The position numbers and the translations under genes are program-made. From positions 149,360,001 through 149,424,000 of the forward strand of contig NC_086097.1 of NCBI RefSeq assembly GCF_963921235.1: 64,000 bases of DNA, written 5' to 3'. Under the pieces are notes generated by a model, which was given only the letters and a program-made list of their open reading frames with translations, was not told where the DNA came from and did not search any database. This document shows, piece by piece, positions 12,297 to 25,125 of the stretch. Origin of the DNA: Mobula hypostoma. Lineage: Eukaryota. Positions within the stretch are counted from its first letter, which is position 1, and each line of letters begins with the position of its first letter.

Positions 12297-12494
12297 AGTT
12301 GACAAACTGTGAAGGATTCAAATGTATTTCTGAGGAATCTTCGGAAAAATGTTGCTCTCCTGTAATGAAACCTGGAAGTTCTCTCACTTTGCGTAGTGGA
12401 TCAGTGGTGAAACCAGCATATTTATCACCAAGATCTCACCCGTCCTCTGGATCATTGCTGGAGTTGAACATTGATCATGTATCTCGATCTGAAT
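12297..12494 (+). CDS. PHF20L1: PHF20L1 coding exon
   Basis: Acceptor tccattcag|AG and donor T|gtaagt; 198 nt, phase 1-1. ...EKCCSPVMKPGSSLTLRS... resembles the PHF20L1 ERCSSP..SGSSL.SRS segment. Confidence 0.8.
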
Positions 12495-12714
12495 GTAAGT
12501 ATTAAAGAACATGCGGACTGAGCAGATTTTTGGTTCGGCGAGAATATTCAACAGTCCACGATGTGACTATTATCGTTGGAAAAGTTATAATTCTTATAAG
12601 TACCATTCTCCTTCTCCTCAAATAGTGGAAATAGTTTCCCTGTAATGGCTTGAAAATTTTTTTATTATTCTGTGTGAAATACCCTTACTTGAGGTTAAAA
12701 GATTATGGTAATCT

Positions 12715-13510
12715 TAATCTGAAGAGTTGGCCAAGAAGATTGATGATGGTAGGACAGTAGATGTTGTCATGGATATTTACAAGGCCTTTGACATAGGCAC
12801 ACAAGTAGGCTGATCCAGAAGGCTAGAATAAATGGAATCCAGGATGAACCTCGGTAGTGGAAGTCAGAAGGTGATAAGGAACATTGCTTTTCAGACTGTT
12901 GGCCTCTGACCAGTGGTGTGTTGCAGGGATTGCTACAGCACCCCCTGTTGTCATGTATATTAATAATCTGGTTGAGGATGTTGATAGCACGTTTAAGTTT
13001 GCAGAAGACACAAAAATTGTTGGTGTGGTGGACAGTGAAGAAGCTTGTCTGGTTACGATAGATCTAAGTTAACTGGGAAAGTGAGAAAAGGAATGGCAGA
13101 AGGAGTTTAGACAAGTCCAACATGATGCATTTTGGGAAGTTAAACCAGAGCAGGATATACACAGTGAATGGCAGGGCACTGGAGAATTTTGTTGAACAGA
13201 GACTCCTTGGGTGACAAGTACATAGTTCCCTGAAAGTAGTAATATAGGTAGACAGAGAGGCATTGAAGATATATTCACATATTCAATCTATGTATATAAG
13301 CTGCCTTATTTATTTATATCTATCATTTTTGTTGTTGTTATTGTGTTTTTTATCTTTTGTGGGTTTTTTGTGCTGCATCAGATCCAGAGTGACAATTGCA
13401 TTGTTTTTCTTTGCACTTGCATGCAGGAAATTACATTAAGCAATCTTGAATTTATTGGCTGGGGCAGTACATATAAGCGTTGAGAAACCACGTTACAGTT
13501 AGACCATAAG
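12715..13510 (+). mobile_element. CR1 LINE RT fragment with nested LINE tail
   Basis: YINNL...KFAEDTKI (RT FADD motif variant). Confidence 0.65.
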
Positions 13511-13867
13511 ATTTGAGAGCAGAATTAGGGGGTGTAGAGTGGGGAGGGGAGGTAGGGGAAGAGTGGGATGTTTATATCCTTCAAAGCAGAGCTTTAGTTA
13601 TTAGGAGTGTGTATTTTTGAAAGAGGTACTCAAACCTAAATGGCTTTGAAAAGTCTGGTCAGAGTAGGGTTTGAAGAAAATGATGTGAAGATGGATAGCA
13701 AGGGATTGATTTCTGTCAGGAAGTAACCTCAATAACATTTTAAAGTGGTTAAAGTATTTCTGCTGTCGCACTGCTCTTTAGCTGAATTTGAGCAACATAT
13801 ATAACATCTTAGGACCTATAAGGATGGGCAATATTTAAGTATTTTGATAGGATTTTTACTTTTCTAG

Positions 13868-14046
13868 CATCTCTTTTTAATGATGAGTTCTTTGATGATT
13901 CATCAACGGAAAGTGCACTAATGAGTGAAGATTATGACCAGGATCTGGACAACTCAAATCCAGAGGAGTCTCAAGAGGAGGATGATAGCAATGCAGTAGT
14001 CCGTTGTGTCTGTGAAATGGATAAAGAAAATGGGTTTATGATTCAG
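13868..14046 (+). CDS. PHF20L1: PHF20L1 acidic region plus N-terminal half of PHD finger
   Basis: Acceptor tttctag|CA and donor CAG|gtagtc; 179 nt. Encodes [53 protein letters not shown]. Confidence 0.95.
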
Positions 14047-14229
14047 GTAGTCTAAACAATTTACAACTTAAAACCTATTTTAATTTGTTTTCATTTTTTG
14101 TTTGTTGTGTTAATTGTTTCTCTATGCACAATACAAAGAGTAAACTGTAAATACCCCTTGGAAAGTCTGCTTTCTAGTCAGATCTTAAAAACATGATTAG
14201 TGTTTGGGAGTTTTACGTGAAAGTTCAAG

Positions 14230-14740
14230 AGGAGCTGGTGAAACATGGCGACGTTCTGCGGACTATGTAATATGGCCCAGCCCTCCCCACCATTGAGCAC
14301 ATCTACATGGAACCTTGTCACAGAAAAGCAGCATCCATTATCAGGGACTCCCACCAGCCAGGTCATGCTGTCTTCTTGCTGCTGCCTTCAGGAAGAAGGT
14401 ACAGGAGCCTTGGCACTCACGTTACCATGTTCTGGAACAGTTATTACCCTTCAAGCATTGGGCTCTTAAACCAGAGGAGATAACTTCACTCAACTTCACT
14501 TGCCCCATCACTGCAATGTTCCCACAGCCTAAGAACTCAGTTTCAGGAACTCTTCGTCTTATGTTCTCAATATTTATTGTTTGTTTGTTTATTTTTTTCT
14601 TTCTTTTTGAATTTGCAGAGTTTGTTTTCTTTTGCACACTGGTTGTCCACCTTGGTGCAGAGCTTCGACGATTCTATAATGGCTATTGGATTTATTGAGT
14701 ATGCCCACAAGAAAATGAATCTCATGATTGTATATGAACT
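14230..14740 (+). mobile_element. Rex/Babar-like LINE 3' fragment
   Basis: Nucleotide similarity to the reverse complement of 7945-8470 (aaagcagcatccattatcaggga...). Confidence 0.7.
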
Positions 14741-16168
14741 TCGAAGTTGAGAGGGAAATAATTCGGGTGCAGATTCTGGACACACCAGAACTGCTAGAGA
14801 GGGCTATGATTTTAAAAATTTCTTCTATATCACGAAGTATGTCACAGCCAGTGAGAGTGTGTAAGAAAACCCTGAAACTGGCTTTTGAATGGCAATGTTC
14901 CAGAAACTACCAATGTGATGAATAATCTCATGTAATGTAATGGGCAGCCATTGTTCCCTCTGCGTCATTGCTTGTTTTATGTTCACTGAACAAGGAGGTC
15001 AGAGCCCACTTCAATGTGTCCCATAAACACTACACTTTTGAAGTGGTAACACTCCATTAAGTAGTTACTGAGGTGTCAACTTTGAGTATGTGCTTATGTT
15101 GTGGAGTGATCTCTTAGAGCAAAGGGTGCCTGGCTGGCCTTGAGAATTAAGAGACCCAGGAGAAAGGCACAGAACAAAGCCTGAACTGGTCACAGGAGTG
15201 ATGCAAATAATGACTAGTTGACAGAAGAGTTAACTATTTAAATGTTCAATGTTTATAAAAGGGTAAATATACAAAGATAAGGTATTGCTCAGTTTTACTG
15301 CATTAATTTCCTTTGATATGTTTGCGTATGATATGCGCTGCTAGCACTATGTTGGGAAATTCAATAATTAGTGCATTAAAGAGTTTGCAAGGCGGTATTA
15401 TCAGGTTGATTGTGGTGCGATGATGAGGGTTTTTTTCTGACAATGGGAACCTAAGGAGATTTGGCCTACACTCATTGGAGATCAGAGGGATGAAGGGGGT
15501 TCCTACTAAGAAAAACACGTCCAAAAGGCTGTTTCCTGTAATTGAAGGAACTGCTGCTTGGGTGCTAGACCCCAGGTAAATGGATTGACTGTTTGGGCCT
15601 GAGCGAGGGAGAAATTTCTTCATATACTGTATAAAGTATTGAAAACCTTTGGAAATCTCTACCTCCGTCATTGAGTATATTTTGCTTTTGAGTTTAGTAC
15701 ATTTATTGGATCAAAGAAGTCAGAGGCTATGAGAACAAGCAAGAAAGTGCATTGATTGCACTAAATAGTGAGGGATTACAAAGCCTGTGCTTGCTTCCAG
15801 TTCTTATATTCTGAGAATCCTAAAGCACAGAACAGTCTTTTCAGCTCCTCATGGCTCTTTATAAGATCTATCAAATTTGTTTCACTCCCCTGACCTTTGT
15901 CCATACCTGTGCATTTTTTTTAAACTTTTGCTCTGTATTTCCTTCTTTTGAGTATATGAAACAAACTTTCCAATTCCAGAGTAATGGGGAGAAAGAACAT
16001 TAGCAAAATCTTGCACCTTAAACACTATCTAGCACTGATTTATTGGAACAATAGCGTGTTTAGATCATTAAGACAATCATATGATATAATTTATTTTTCT
16101 TCTTTTATCCCCTTTTAATCATTGTTTCTGTTTCTTTTGATCACTTTGCTTCATCACTCTCACTGAAG

Positions 16169-16268
16169 TGTGAAGAGTGCCTTTGTTGGCAACATGGCAT
16201 CTGTATGGGGTTACTGGAAGACAACATTCCAGACCAATATTTTTGCTACATCTGTCGGGAACCTCCAG
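16169..16268 (+). CDS. PHF20L1: PHF20L1 PHD finger exon
   Basis: Acceptor ctgaag|TGT and donor G|gtaata; 100 nt. [33 protein letters not shown] completes the C4HC3 PHD finger. Confidence 0.97.
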
Positions 16269-16693
16269 GTAATATACTTGATATGGCCACCTTCTGATGC
16301 TATATTTAAGCTTTCAGTACAACTTAAATAACATAAGTGAAAACTTTAAAAAACTGCAGATGCTGGAACAGTGAAGTAAAACAGAAAATACCGGACACCC
16401 TCAACAGGTCAAACAATAAATGGTAAACACAATAGATAATGCAGATGCTGGAAATATTGAGAAACACACACAAGATGGTGGAGGAACTCAGTAAGCTAGG
16501 CAGCATCTATGGAGGTCAAACAGCATCCATGGAAGAGAAAACAGAATCAACGTTTCTCTTCATTTGGAATCTTCCCATAAATGTTACCAGACCTGATGAG
16601 TCTTTCCTGCATTTTCTGTTTTTATTTTAAACAAAATAACATGATTCTATCTTGTGATTACATTTGGTATGGAAATACATCGAGTTAACATTT

Positions 16694-17284
16694 AAGCAAC
16701 ACACATCAAAGTTTCTGGTGAACGCAGCAGGCCAGGCAGCATCTCTAGGAAGAGGCACAGTCGACGTTTCAGGCCGAGACCCTTCGTCAGGACTAACTGA
16801 AAGAAGAGCTAGTAAGAGATTTGAAAGTGGGAGAGGGAGGGGGAGATCCAAAATGATAAGAGAAGACAGGAGGGGGAGGAATGGAGCCAAGAGCTGGGCA
16901 GGTGATTGGCAAAAGGGATATGAGAGGATCATGGGACAGGAGGCCCAGGGAGAAAGAAAAGGGGGAGGGGGGAACCCAGAGGATGGGCAAGGGGTATAGT
17001 GAGAGGGACAGAGGGAGTAAAAGGAGAGAGAGAGAGAAAGAATTGTGTATATAAATAAATAACGGATGGGGTACGAGGGGAAGGTGGGGCATTAGTGGAA
17101 GTTTGAGAAGTCAATGTTCATGCCATCAGGTTGGAGGCTACCCAGATGGAATATAAGGTGTTGTTCCTCCAACCTGAGTGTGGCTTCATCTTTACAGTAG
17201 AGGAGGCCGTGGATAGACGTATCAGAATGGGAATGGGACGTGGAATTAAAATGTGTGGCTACTGGGAGATCCTGGTTTCTCCGG
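16694..17284 (-). mobile_element. Young Penelope-like (Neptune-type) 3' fragment
   Basis: QDLPVATHFNSTSHSHSD.SIHGLLYCKDEATLRLEEQHLIFHLGSLQPDGMN (GIY-YIG C-terminus). Closely similar to 33736-34461. Confidence 0.88.
16758..16795 (-). ncRNA. Minimal type I hammerhead ribozyme motif in Penelope tail
   Basis: The - strand reads UAGUC-CUGACGA-AGG(GUCUCGG)CCU-GAAA-C-GUC|GACUG: intact core, stem I AGUC/GACU, stem II and GUC cleavage triplet. Confidence 0.8.
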
Positions 17285-18663
17285 TTAATATTTAAAACCT
17301 GTTTGACCACTTTTTACCTCGGCAAATGACATATTAGATATTTCTGTGGAAATGTACTAAATTCATAAAAATAACTTGATTAGTTAAATTCAATGGGAGG
17401 AATGTTTTTTTTCTCTCAATGACTGAAAATCTATTGTAGATTATTTTAGTTATACTTGATATGATTCTGGAAGTCAAAATCCTTTGTGACTGAAATCAAA
17501 TGAAGCTCTGGTTTAAAAAAAAGTAATCAATACTATTTTCTTGACTGACAAAACTTTCACATGTTTCAATACTTTAAGCCTCTTTTTTGGACTCTACTTT
17601 CAGACGATTCTTTTTGACAAATGTGTTTTCAATGCAATATATCTTCTGAATTTGTTGTCAGGGTAAAGGTGTTCTTTGAATATGCTGATATGCTAACTTG
17701 CATTTATTCAAAGAGCAATAGGAATTTCCATTGAGAATCACAGATTTTTGCAGAATAAAAACACAACCTTTATTCAATTGTATCCTTGCTGACCATCCTA
17801 CCTGCATACACTATCCCATGTGCTTGCATTAATTTCATATCCCTCTATGCTCTTCTTTTTCAAATATCTGTCCAAATGCCTCAAATCTCTCCTGAACAGT
17901 CAAGCCCTCCAATTCAAAAAAACATTCTTGTCATTCTGCACCCTCACTAGCTGAATCACATTCTAACTGAACTGCACACAATGGTTGAAGGATGAACCTA
18001 CCCAATGGTTTGTGGAACTGTAACGCAGCATCCAAAGTCCTACACTTAATTCCTCGGCTTACATAACCTGCCATACACGTCCTTTACTTCCCTATCTGTG
18101 ATTGGTCCTGCTATATCTTTCAACAACCTTTTTATTGCCGTCAACTCCAACAAACTTTGTGTAAATTGCAAATGCACTAACTCATCCAAGTCATTTTTAT
18201 ATGTGTGCAAACAAACAAACATTGCATGCACCAAATATAACATACCAGATTGGAAGAGGTACATAGTTTCAGGGGAAATTGTCAGAGGATAGGGGGAGAT
18301 AAGAGAACCAGGGAGTGGCAGATGAAGCAGTTGGGCCAGGGAATTAGAAGTTGTCATCAAAATAGTGAAGAGCATGTATATCCTGGATGTCTGTGGGAAA
18401 GGACTAGATAAATTTTGCTATGGTAATTACCCATATAAGCTGATCTATACTGAATCAATATTGCTAATCACTCAATGATTATCACTTTGCTGGATGCAGA
18501 TTAGCCACTATGTTTCCTTCATTACACAACCGATTACATTCAAGAAGTACTTGAGTATAGCAACCAGCTATAACCAATAAACTACTTAATTTACAAATAG
18601 TTCATTGGAAGTAACGCATCTTATGGAATTAAGAACTGTGCTACATGATTTTGATTCCTATAG

Positions 18664-18859
18664 GTCAGAGATGGAGTGCCAAATATTGTTATGACAAAGA
18701 ATGGCTGAAAAATGGATATATGTATGGTCTGTCATTCTTGAAGGAGAATTATTCCCAGCAGAATGCTAAGAAAATAATATCAACGCACCAGCTCTTGGCT
18801 GATGTTTATAGTGTGACTGAAGTGCTCCATGGCCTTCAACTGAAGATTAATATTCTCCA
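18664..18859 (+). CDS. PHF20L1: PHF20L1 post-PHD conserved exon
   Basis: Acceptor cctatag|GT and donor CA|gtaagt; 196 nt. [18 protein letters not shown]...[22 protein letters not shown]; the RWSAK and ADVY residues are PHF20L1-type rather than PHF20-type. Confidence 0.97.
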
Positions 18860-19039
18860 GTAAGTATGTGTGACCGCGAGCAAAAGTTACACAGAACTCA
18901 AGTTATCTTAGTGTTAGTTTAAAGTAGTTTTCCTTTTAAAACTAGGTTATAGCTATAGTTTTATTAAATTTGGATGACTTCCAATTCAGTGCATTTCATT
19001 CTGTGCCCACAGAGTGTTCTCTACATTGGCAAAATACCA

Positions 19040-19520
19040 CCTTTCAGACTGCAAAAGTGACCCTGAGCATCCACTCTCTTGTCACTGTAACACCTCTCCC
19101 TTTCCAACCTCTCTCTGTTTGCTCTCCTCTTCCATTCCAGTGATCCCTGTGTAAGTTCAAAAAACGACACCTCATATTCTGTCAGGGCACATTACAGCCC
19201 CAGGACTCAGTATTAAATTTAACTATTTCAGATAGCCACCCCTCTTTTGCTAGATATTTCAATTCTTTCTCTTTTTCTTATCTCTCCAGTCTCTGCAAGA
19301 ATTTAACAAAGTGATTACTTTAACAACTTAGTTTATACCCCATCATTGACATTCCCACTGGTCTCCCCACCCTTTTCCTTCCTACAACTTAAAACATACT
19401 AATTTTCTCACTTTTCTAATTTGGATGAGGGGACATGGATTTTAAAACATTAACAGTTTCTGTCTCCACGGATGCTACCTGATCTGCTGAGAGATTCCGG
19501 CACTTTCTGTTTCTGTTTTA
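19040..19520 (+). mobile_element. Old Neptune-type Penelope 3' remnant
   Basis: Reads RHLIFCQGTLQPPGLSIKFNYFR near 19165-19230, followed by a degenerate hammerhead and the family tail. Confidence 0.6.
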
Positions 19521-19699
19521 ATTTTAATGGTCCCTGACTCTGGAATCAAGACATCACCTGATGCTACAGGGAGGAATTCCTGCTCCAATTTGTGTTATAA
19601 TCTTGTTCCTTCGCTTCCACTTTGCTCTTCTCAAGTTTAATGTAAATTTCAAAGGGCTTTTAATCAGTGTAAATTTATGTAGTAAAGATTATTAAAGAT

Positions 19700-20192
19700 T
19701 TATGTAGTAAAGAGAGAGTACAGAGAAGATTTACTAGAATGTTACCTGGGTTTCATCACCTAAGATACAGAGAAAGGTTGAACAAGTTGGGTCTTTATTC
19801 TTTGGAATGTGGAAGGTTGAGGGGGAACTTAATAGAGGTATTTAAAATTACGAGGGGGATAGATAGAGTTGACATGGATAGGCTTTTTCCATTGAGAGTG
19901 GGGGAGATTCAAACAAGAGGACATGAGTTGAGAGTTAAAGGGCAAAAGCTTAGGGGTAACATGAGGGGGAACTTCTTTTCTCAGAGAGTGGTAGCTGTGT
20001 GGAACGAGCTTCCAGCAGGAGTGGTTGAGGCAGGTTCGATGTTGTCGTTTAAAGTTAAATTGGACAGCTATATGGACAGGAAAGGAATGGAGGGTTATGG
20101 ACTGAGTGCAAGTCAGTGGGACTAGGTGAGTTCGCCACGGACTAGAAGGATCGAGATGGCTTGTTTCTGTGCTGTAATTATTATATTGTTAT
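19700..20192 (+). mobile_element. CR1 LINE 3' end (relatively intact)
   Basis: ORF 19739-20125 (ERLNKLGLYSLE..RLRG.LIEVFKI...TRGH.L...FFSQRVV.VWN.LP) is the CR1 ORF2 C-terminus. Confidence 0.85.
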
Positions 20193-20499
20193 ATGAAGTA
20201 GGGTAATGTAGAGCTTGAATAGATAGTGAATATTGCGAGCATTTCTTATGATATGTGGACATGATATATGAATTTTGTTTTTGAACTGTATATATGCAAG
20301 TCATCATATTGTTATGCTCCATATATATGCTTTTTTGTAAAAGTGCACCCCCATATATAGTCTGGTAAGGGTTCAGAATAATTCCACCCTACTACCTATC
20401 AAATCTCTGTCTGACACAGCTGAGTAGTCCCTAGTGAAGCATATTGTAGAGATATGCAGGGAAATGAATGCAGAACTGGACATTATTATGTAATGCTTC

Positions 20500-21605
20500 C
20501 ACATCTTGATGTTAATGGCAGACTGATCTGGAAGGTTAGTTTGCATAAGATTTGGAGGGAGTTGGCGAGATGGATTCAGAATTAGCTTGATGACAGGAAG
20601 CAGAGAGATTGTTGAAGGTCGATTCTCCAACTGGAGGCCTGTGATTAGTGAGGTGCCCCAGAGTTCACTGGTGGGACCTCTGTTATTGATTACTCATCTA
20701 AATTATTTGAATGTGAATGTAGATGGCACAATTAGCAAGTTTGCTGCAGACATTAAATTTCACTGCTGACAGTGAAACAGGTAACAATGAACTGCAAAGA
20801 GATCTTGATCAATTAGGGAGATGGGTTGAGGAATGGCAAATGGATTTCAATTTAGAGAAGTTTGAGGAGGTGCATTTTCGTCATTTAAACAAGGATGGGA
20901 CCTACACTGAACAGTAGGGCACTGACAGATCTAACTTAAATCACTGTTTCAAGAGGGAACTGGTAATACAACTGTAGAGTTCACTGAAAGTAGCCACACA
21001 AGTAGACAGGGTAGTGAAGAAAGCATTTAGCATGCAGGCCTTCATTAATCAGGGCATCGTGTTGAGGAATAAGGATATAATGTTGCAATTATATATGTAA
21101 TTGGTGAGACTCCACTTGGAGTGTTGTGTGCAGTTTTGGTCACTTTACTATAGGAACAACATTGTCAGGCTGGAGAGGGGTGCAGAAGAGATTTACAAGG
21201 ATGCTGCCTAGACTGGAAGATCTGAGTTATGGGGAGACGTTGACTACACTGGATCTTTGTTCCTTGGAGCATAGGAGAATGAGAGGTGACCTCACAGGAG
21301 TTCATAAAAATGGATAAGATGGACGGGTATAGACTTACCCCACAGTTGGGGAAAGCAAAACTACAGGACAAAGATATAAGAAGGGAAAATTTTTAAAGAG
21401 ACCCGAGAGGTAACTTCTTTACAGAGAGAGTAGTGAGTACCTGGAATGAACTGCCAGAGAAAGTGGTCAAGTTTGTACAAATTACAACATTTAAGAGGCA
21501 TGGAGGGTTATGAGCTGAGCAAGGGCAGCTGGGACCAGCAAGTAGTCAGCATGGGTCAGTTGGGCTAAAAGGTGTGCTTCCATTCTATATTATTCTATGA
21601 CTCTT
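20500..21605 (+). mobile_element. CR1 LINE RT and 3' fragment
   Basis: VPQSSLVGPLL..., SKFAAD and LQRDLDQL..W..EWQM.FN segments; ttctat tail. Confidence 0.8.
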
Positions 21606-21731
21606 TGACTCTGCATTTGAGTGGACTGGAGCCACAAAATGCACAGAAGATGTTATTCTGGTGGTGACAGTCTTCTTACGTTTTCTGCGAAGTAAAATGG
21701 TCTGACATCTTCCTATCCTATCCACCTGAAG

Positions 21732-22086
21732 GAGCAGAAAACACCCTGATCTGCATCTCTGGGCCCAGTCCTGTGTCAAATCTACTCAAGGCCAACCTAC
21801 AGGAGAAAAGATCAAAGAATGTATGGATGGTCCCAAGAAGCCTGAAAAGGTCTACCACAGTCAGAGTCATAAATGCAGATCTGAAGTCATCCAAAAAGTA
21901 GCAGGAACCTACATCACCGATGAGCACAGCTACCAGAAACCCCAGAGCTACAGCCTAGAAAAGAAGACTATAATAGACCACAAAAGTTCAGAAGATGAGG
22001 AAACCAGTAGATCAGGGGACAAGAGTCCTGTGTTCAAGAGGACTGAAAGACAAATGGTGCAGAAAGCGGCTAGTCCATCTAAACAG
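21732..22086 (+). CDS. PHF20L1: PHF20L1 coding exon
   Basis: Acceptor cacctgaag|G and donor CAG|gtatat; 355 nt. Encodes SRKHPDLHLWA...GTYITDEHSYQKPQSY... Confidence 0.93.
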
Positions 22087-22599
22087 GTATATTTTTTGCA
22101 TTGCCTTTTTAAAAGTAGTTCATGATTTTATGTTCCGTTTGCTTTTTGCTTTTTTTAAAGCAAGGATTTTTCGGTTATCTGCAAAAACTGGGAGGAATTA
22201 CACTTAAAAAAAGATCTCTATATCCCTCTTAATACAACTGCTATTCTAGGCAACAGTCTGAACTTATACAGTGTCCTATGTTTAGTAATGTGTCCCAAGA
22301 CAATTTATAGAGTTGTAAACAGATAAAAATGTATAACAAGTTAGAGAGAGGTTTTAGGGCTTAACAGTGTTTCAGACACGATAATAGGTGAGGCCCTAGG
22401 GAAACTTAGACACCCAGAAACACCGTTTCCTATTGGAGATTGTGAGAAATTGGAAACCACTGTCTAAGAGTGAAATATTTTGGATGTTATAAATGTACAA
22501 TTGTTTAAAATGATTGAAAATATAATCAGAAAATATCACTTGCCCTGATTTTGAAATCAATAACAAAGGAGCAGTACAAATATAGGACAAGTGTTCAAA

Positions 22600-22856
22600 A
22601 TGGGTGACATCGCTAGCAGAGTGCTTTACAGCGCTAGCTGTAAGGAGTTGATATGTTCTCCGCGTGACCCCATGGGGTTCCTCCGGGTGCTCCAGTTTCC
22701 TCCCACTATTAGGGTTAGTGAGTTGTGTGTCTGCTGTTTGGTGTTGGAAGCGTGCCAACATCTGTGGCTGCTCAGCACAATCCTCACTGATTGATTTGGT
22801 GCAAAACGACACATTTCATTATATGATGCACATGTGAATAAAGCCAATCTATCTTT
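22600..22856 (+). mobile_element. V-SINE-like element
   Basis: V-domain ggttcctccgggtgctccagtttcctccca and an aataaa..atctatct tail. Confidence 0.65.
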
Positions 22857-23408
22857 TAAAGCCAAAGTTGGGAAGGAAGAATAACTATCACGTGATTTGA
22901 GGAATGTTTTCAAAATAGAAAGGCAAACTATTGTGGTGGATCAAGATAAACTAGTTCTAGAGATGTGGAAGTCTTAGAATAGAAAGCATGCTAAAACTTA
23001 TAGCTAAGCCTTTCAGGGGTGAAGTTAAGCGATACTGTACATGCAAAAGGAGGTAAAGATTGGAACTATCTGCAAGACATCGCAGTTACTGAATGGCCAG
23101 TCATTAATTTCAAATCTAAGATTGATAAGTATTTTGTTAAATAAATATACTGAGGCAAATGTGGGTATATTGAATTAATTTGCTAATGTAATTGAATCAT
23201 TAAACGTAAGTATCAAATAAGCAATTCATATTCCAGTGTTTCTAAACAATGAAACCCTTCAGTTCAACTGAAGTATCACATTTGGATGAGGTTTAATTCA
23301 GATCTGACAATACCATCAAATTAGCCAAACTAGATTTTAAGCTACAGGAGAAGGCTGTTGTAAGGCACTCTATTAATGGATTCAGCTGACAAATGGATGG
23401 TTTTAGAG

Positions 23409-23643
23409 CAGTGGTCCCCAACCTCCAGGCTGCGGACCGATATCGGGCCGCGAAGCATGCAGGGGTGCAGTGGTAGCCGGGACACACCCAGCACATCTCT
23501 GATCTGGGCTGGCATTTACGTGCCGGGCGGCACCTAATTAATTAGCTTATTTATTTCGGCTTTTTTGTTAAAGATGTGCTGGGTGCGTCCCGGCTACCAC
23601 TGCACCCCTGCATGCTTCGCGGCCCGGAGGTTGAGGACCACTG
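23409..23643. mobile_element. hAT-type MITE (palindromic)
   Basis: TIRs cagtggtccccaacc / ggttgaggaccactg; perfect 8-bp TSD ttttagag (23401-23408 and 23644-23651); long internal inverted repeat. Confidence 0.92.
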
Positions 23644-25125
23644 TTTTAGAGGGATGAACTAAGCATGGTCCTTGAAAAAAGTGCATCAGAATTTTTAAAT
23701 GATTTTAAGGTATTAGCTTTTGGGAAGTGGATCTTGAATTCTGATCTTGTTTTTATTACTATGAATTTGCCAAACAATTGACTTGCTTGTAAAGATTTAT
23801 TTGTAATCTTAGCTGTACTCAATTACTAAAAGTATTTTAAATATTTGTGAAAAGCTTTGTGTTAGGCTCGGAGCCAACTGTTACAGCCCATTGCATTTTA
23901 GTCATTAAGAGTTTTTTGGTCAATTGTTTAGGTCAGAACTTTTGGAATGGAGAAGGATGAGAAAAAGGAATAAAATATTTCTAAGCTGCTGGTTCCCCTC
24001 CAAACTACACAATTATTACAGGGAAAAATATCTCTTTCTTTAACATCACCGATGCTCATCCTTTACCAGACAGACTGCAGCAATGAAATCCCATTCTCAC
24101 ATCCTCTCAAGGATCATTGACGATATGCTACAAGTATTGAATTGCCTGCAATTCCCATATCCAATAAATATATTTCTTTCAAATTAATGTTCTAAATACA
24201 TGAAAAACATAAAACAACCTTTCCTCTACATGGTCATGTTTCTAATTATGAGATAATTTGAAACACAGGAGGCCATTTCAGTTGAATGACTTGTTTCTTA
24301 GTGGTATAATCATCATAAGGTCTGCTAATTGTTGTGTTCAAATTCATTATCAATTCCTTAAATAATGCAGCATGTTCTTTGTCTATAAGGTCTAGACAGG
24401 CTTGGGATAGTAAGTATAAGCAATGTTGAAGCCAGTTGGTGACCATCCCAAACTAGATGCTAACTGACCGGTTGAGTTCCCAACTGATTCTGCACTACTT
24501 CAAAGAAATGATGGATGTAGCCTTTAATGTTTAAAATGGCATTTTCTGTTACTGTGTCCTTGGTTCCTTTAAAATGTCAGAAGGGGTCTGAAAGTAAATT
24601 TCATGTACCATGTAAGTTCCATGTTGAATTTTGGTGATTTTGTTCTCTGCTTTTCCCTGCCAAATTTCTTTTCTTTTGGTGATATTTGGTTCTGCAGATG
24701 CTCATTCTTTAAGGCACTGAGTACCAGCTGACTGTTTTAAGATTGGAGTTGTGGGAGCGGCTTGCAGTATTGGCCTTTCCTGTTGAAACAATTGTTCATG
24801 CACAGTTGTTTCATTTCTTTACGTCTCAGTGAAGATTGGGAGTCTTATCCATTCTCTCCCACTTTAACCTCAGGCGTTTCGGCCAGTCCTCCAATGCCTG
24901 AGATAAGCCATTTGGTAACTCCATGATAAAAAAAAATCTAAGTGTGTTGAATGTAAATTCAGATATCTGGTGGTTATTTAATATTGCCTCAAAGCAATTC
25001 ATTCATTTGAAATGAACTGATTCACTATGTACCTCTGATCAATAAACAGGACAAAAATCCTCCTTTACATTGGGCTATACTGCATGATACATTGTTTTTG
25101 TTTTGTACAATTATGTTGATAACAG

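Noticed and set aside
19673..19713. Short direct duplication atttatgtagtaaaga
   Set aside because: Local duplication at a CR1 5' junction, with no array structure.
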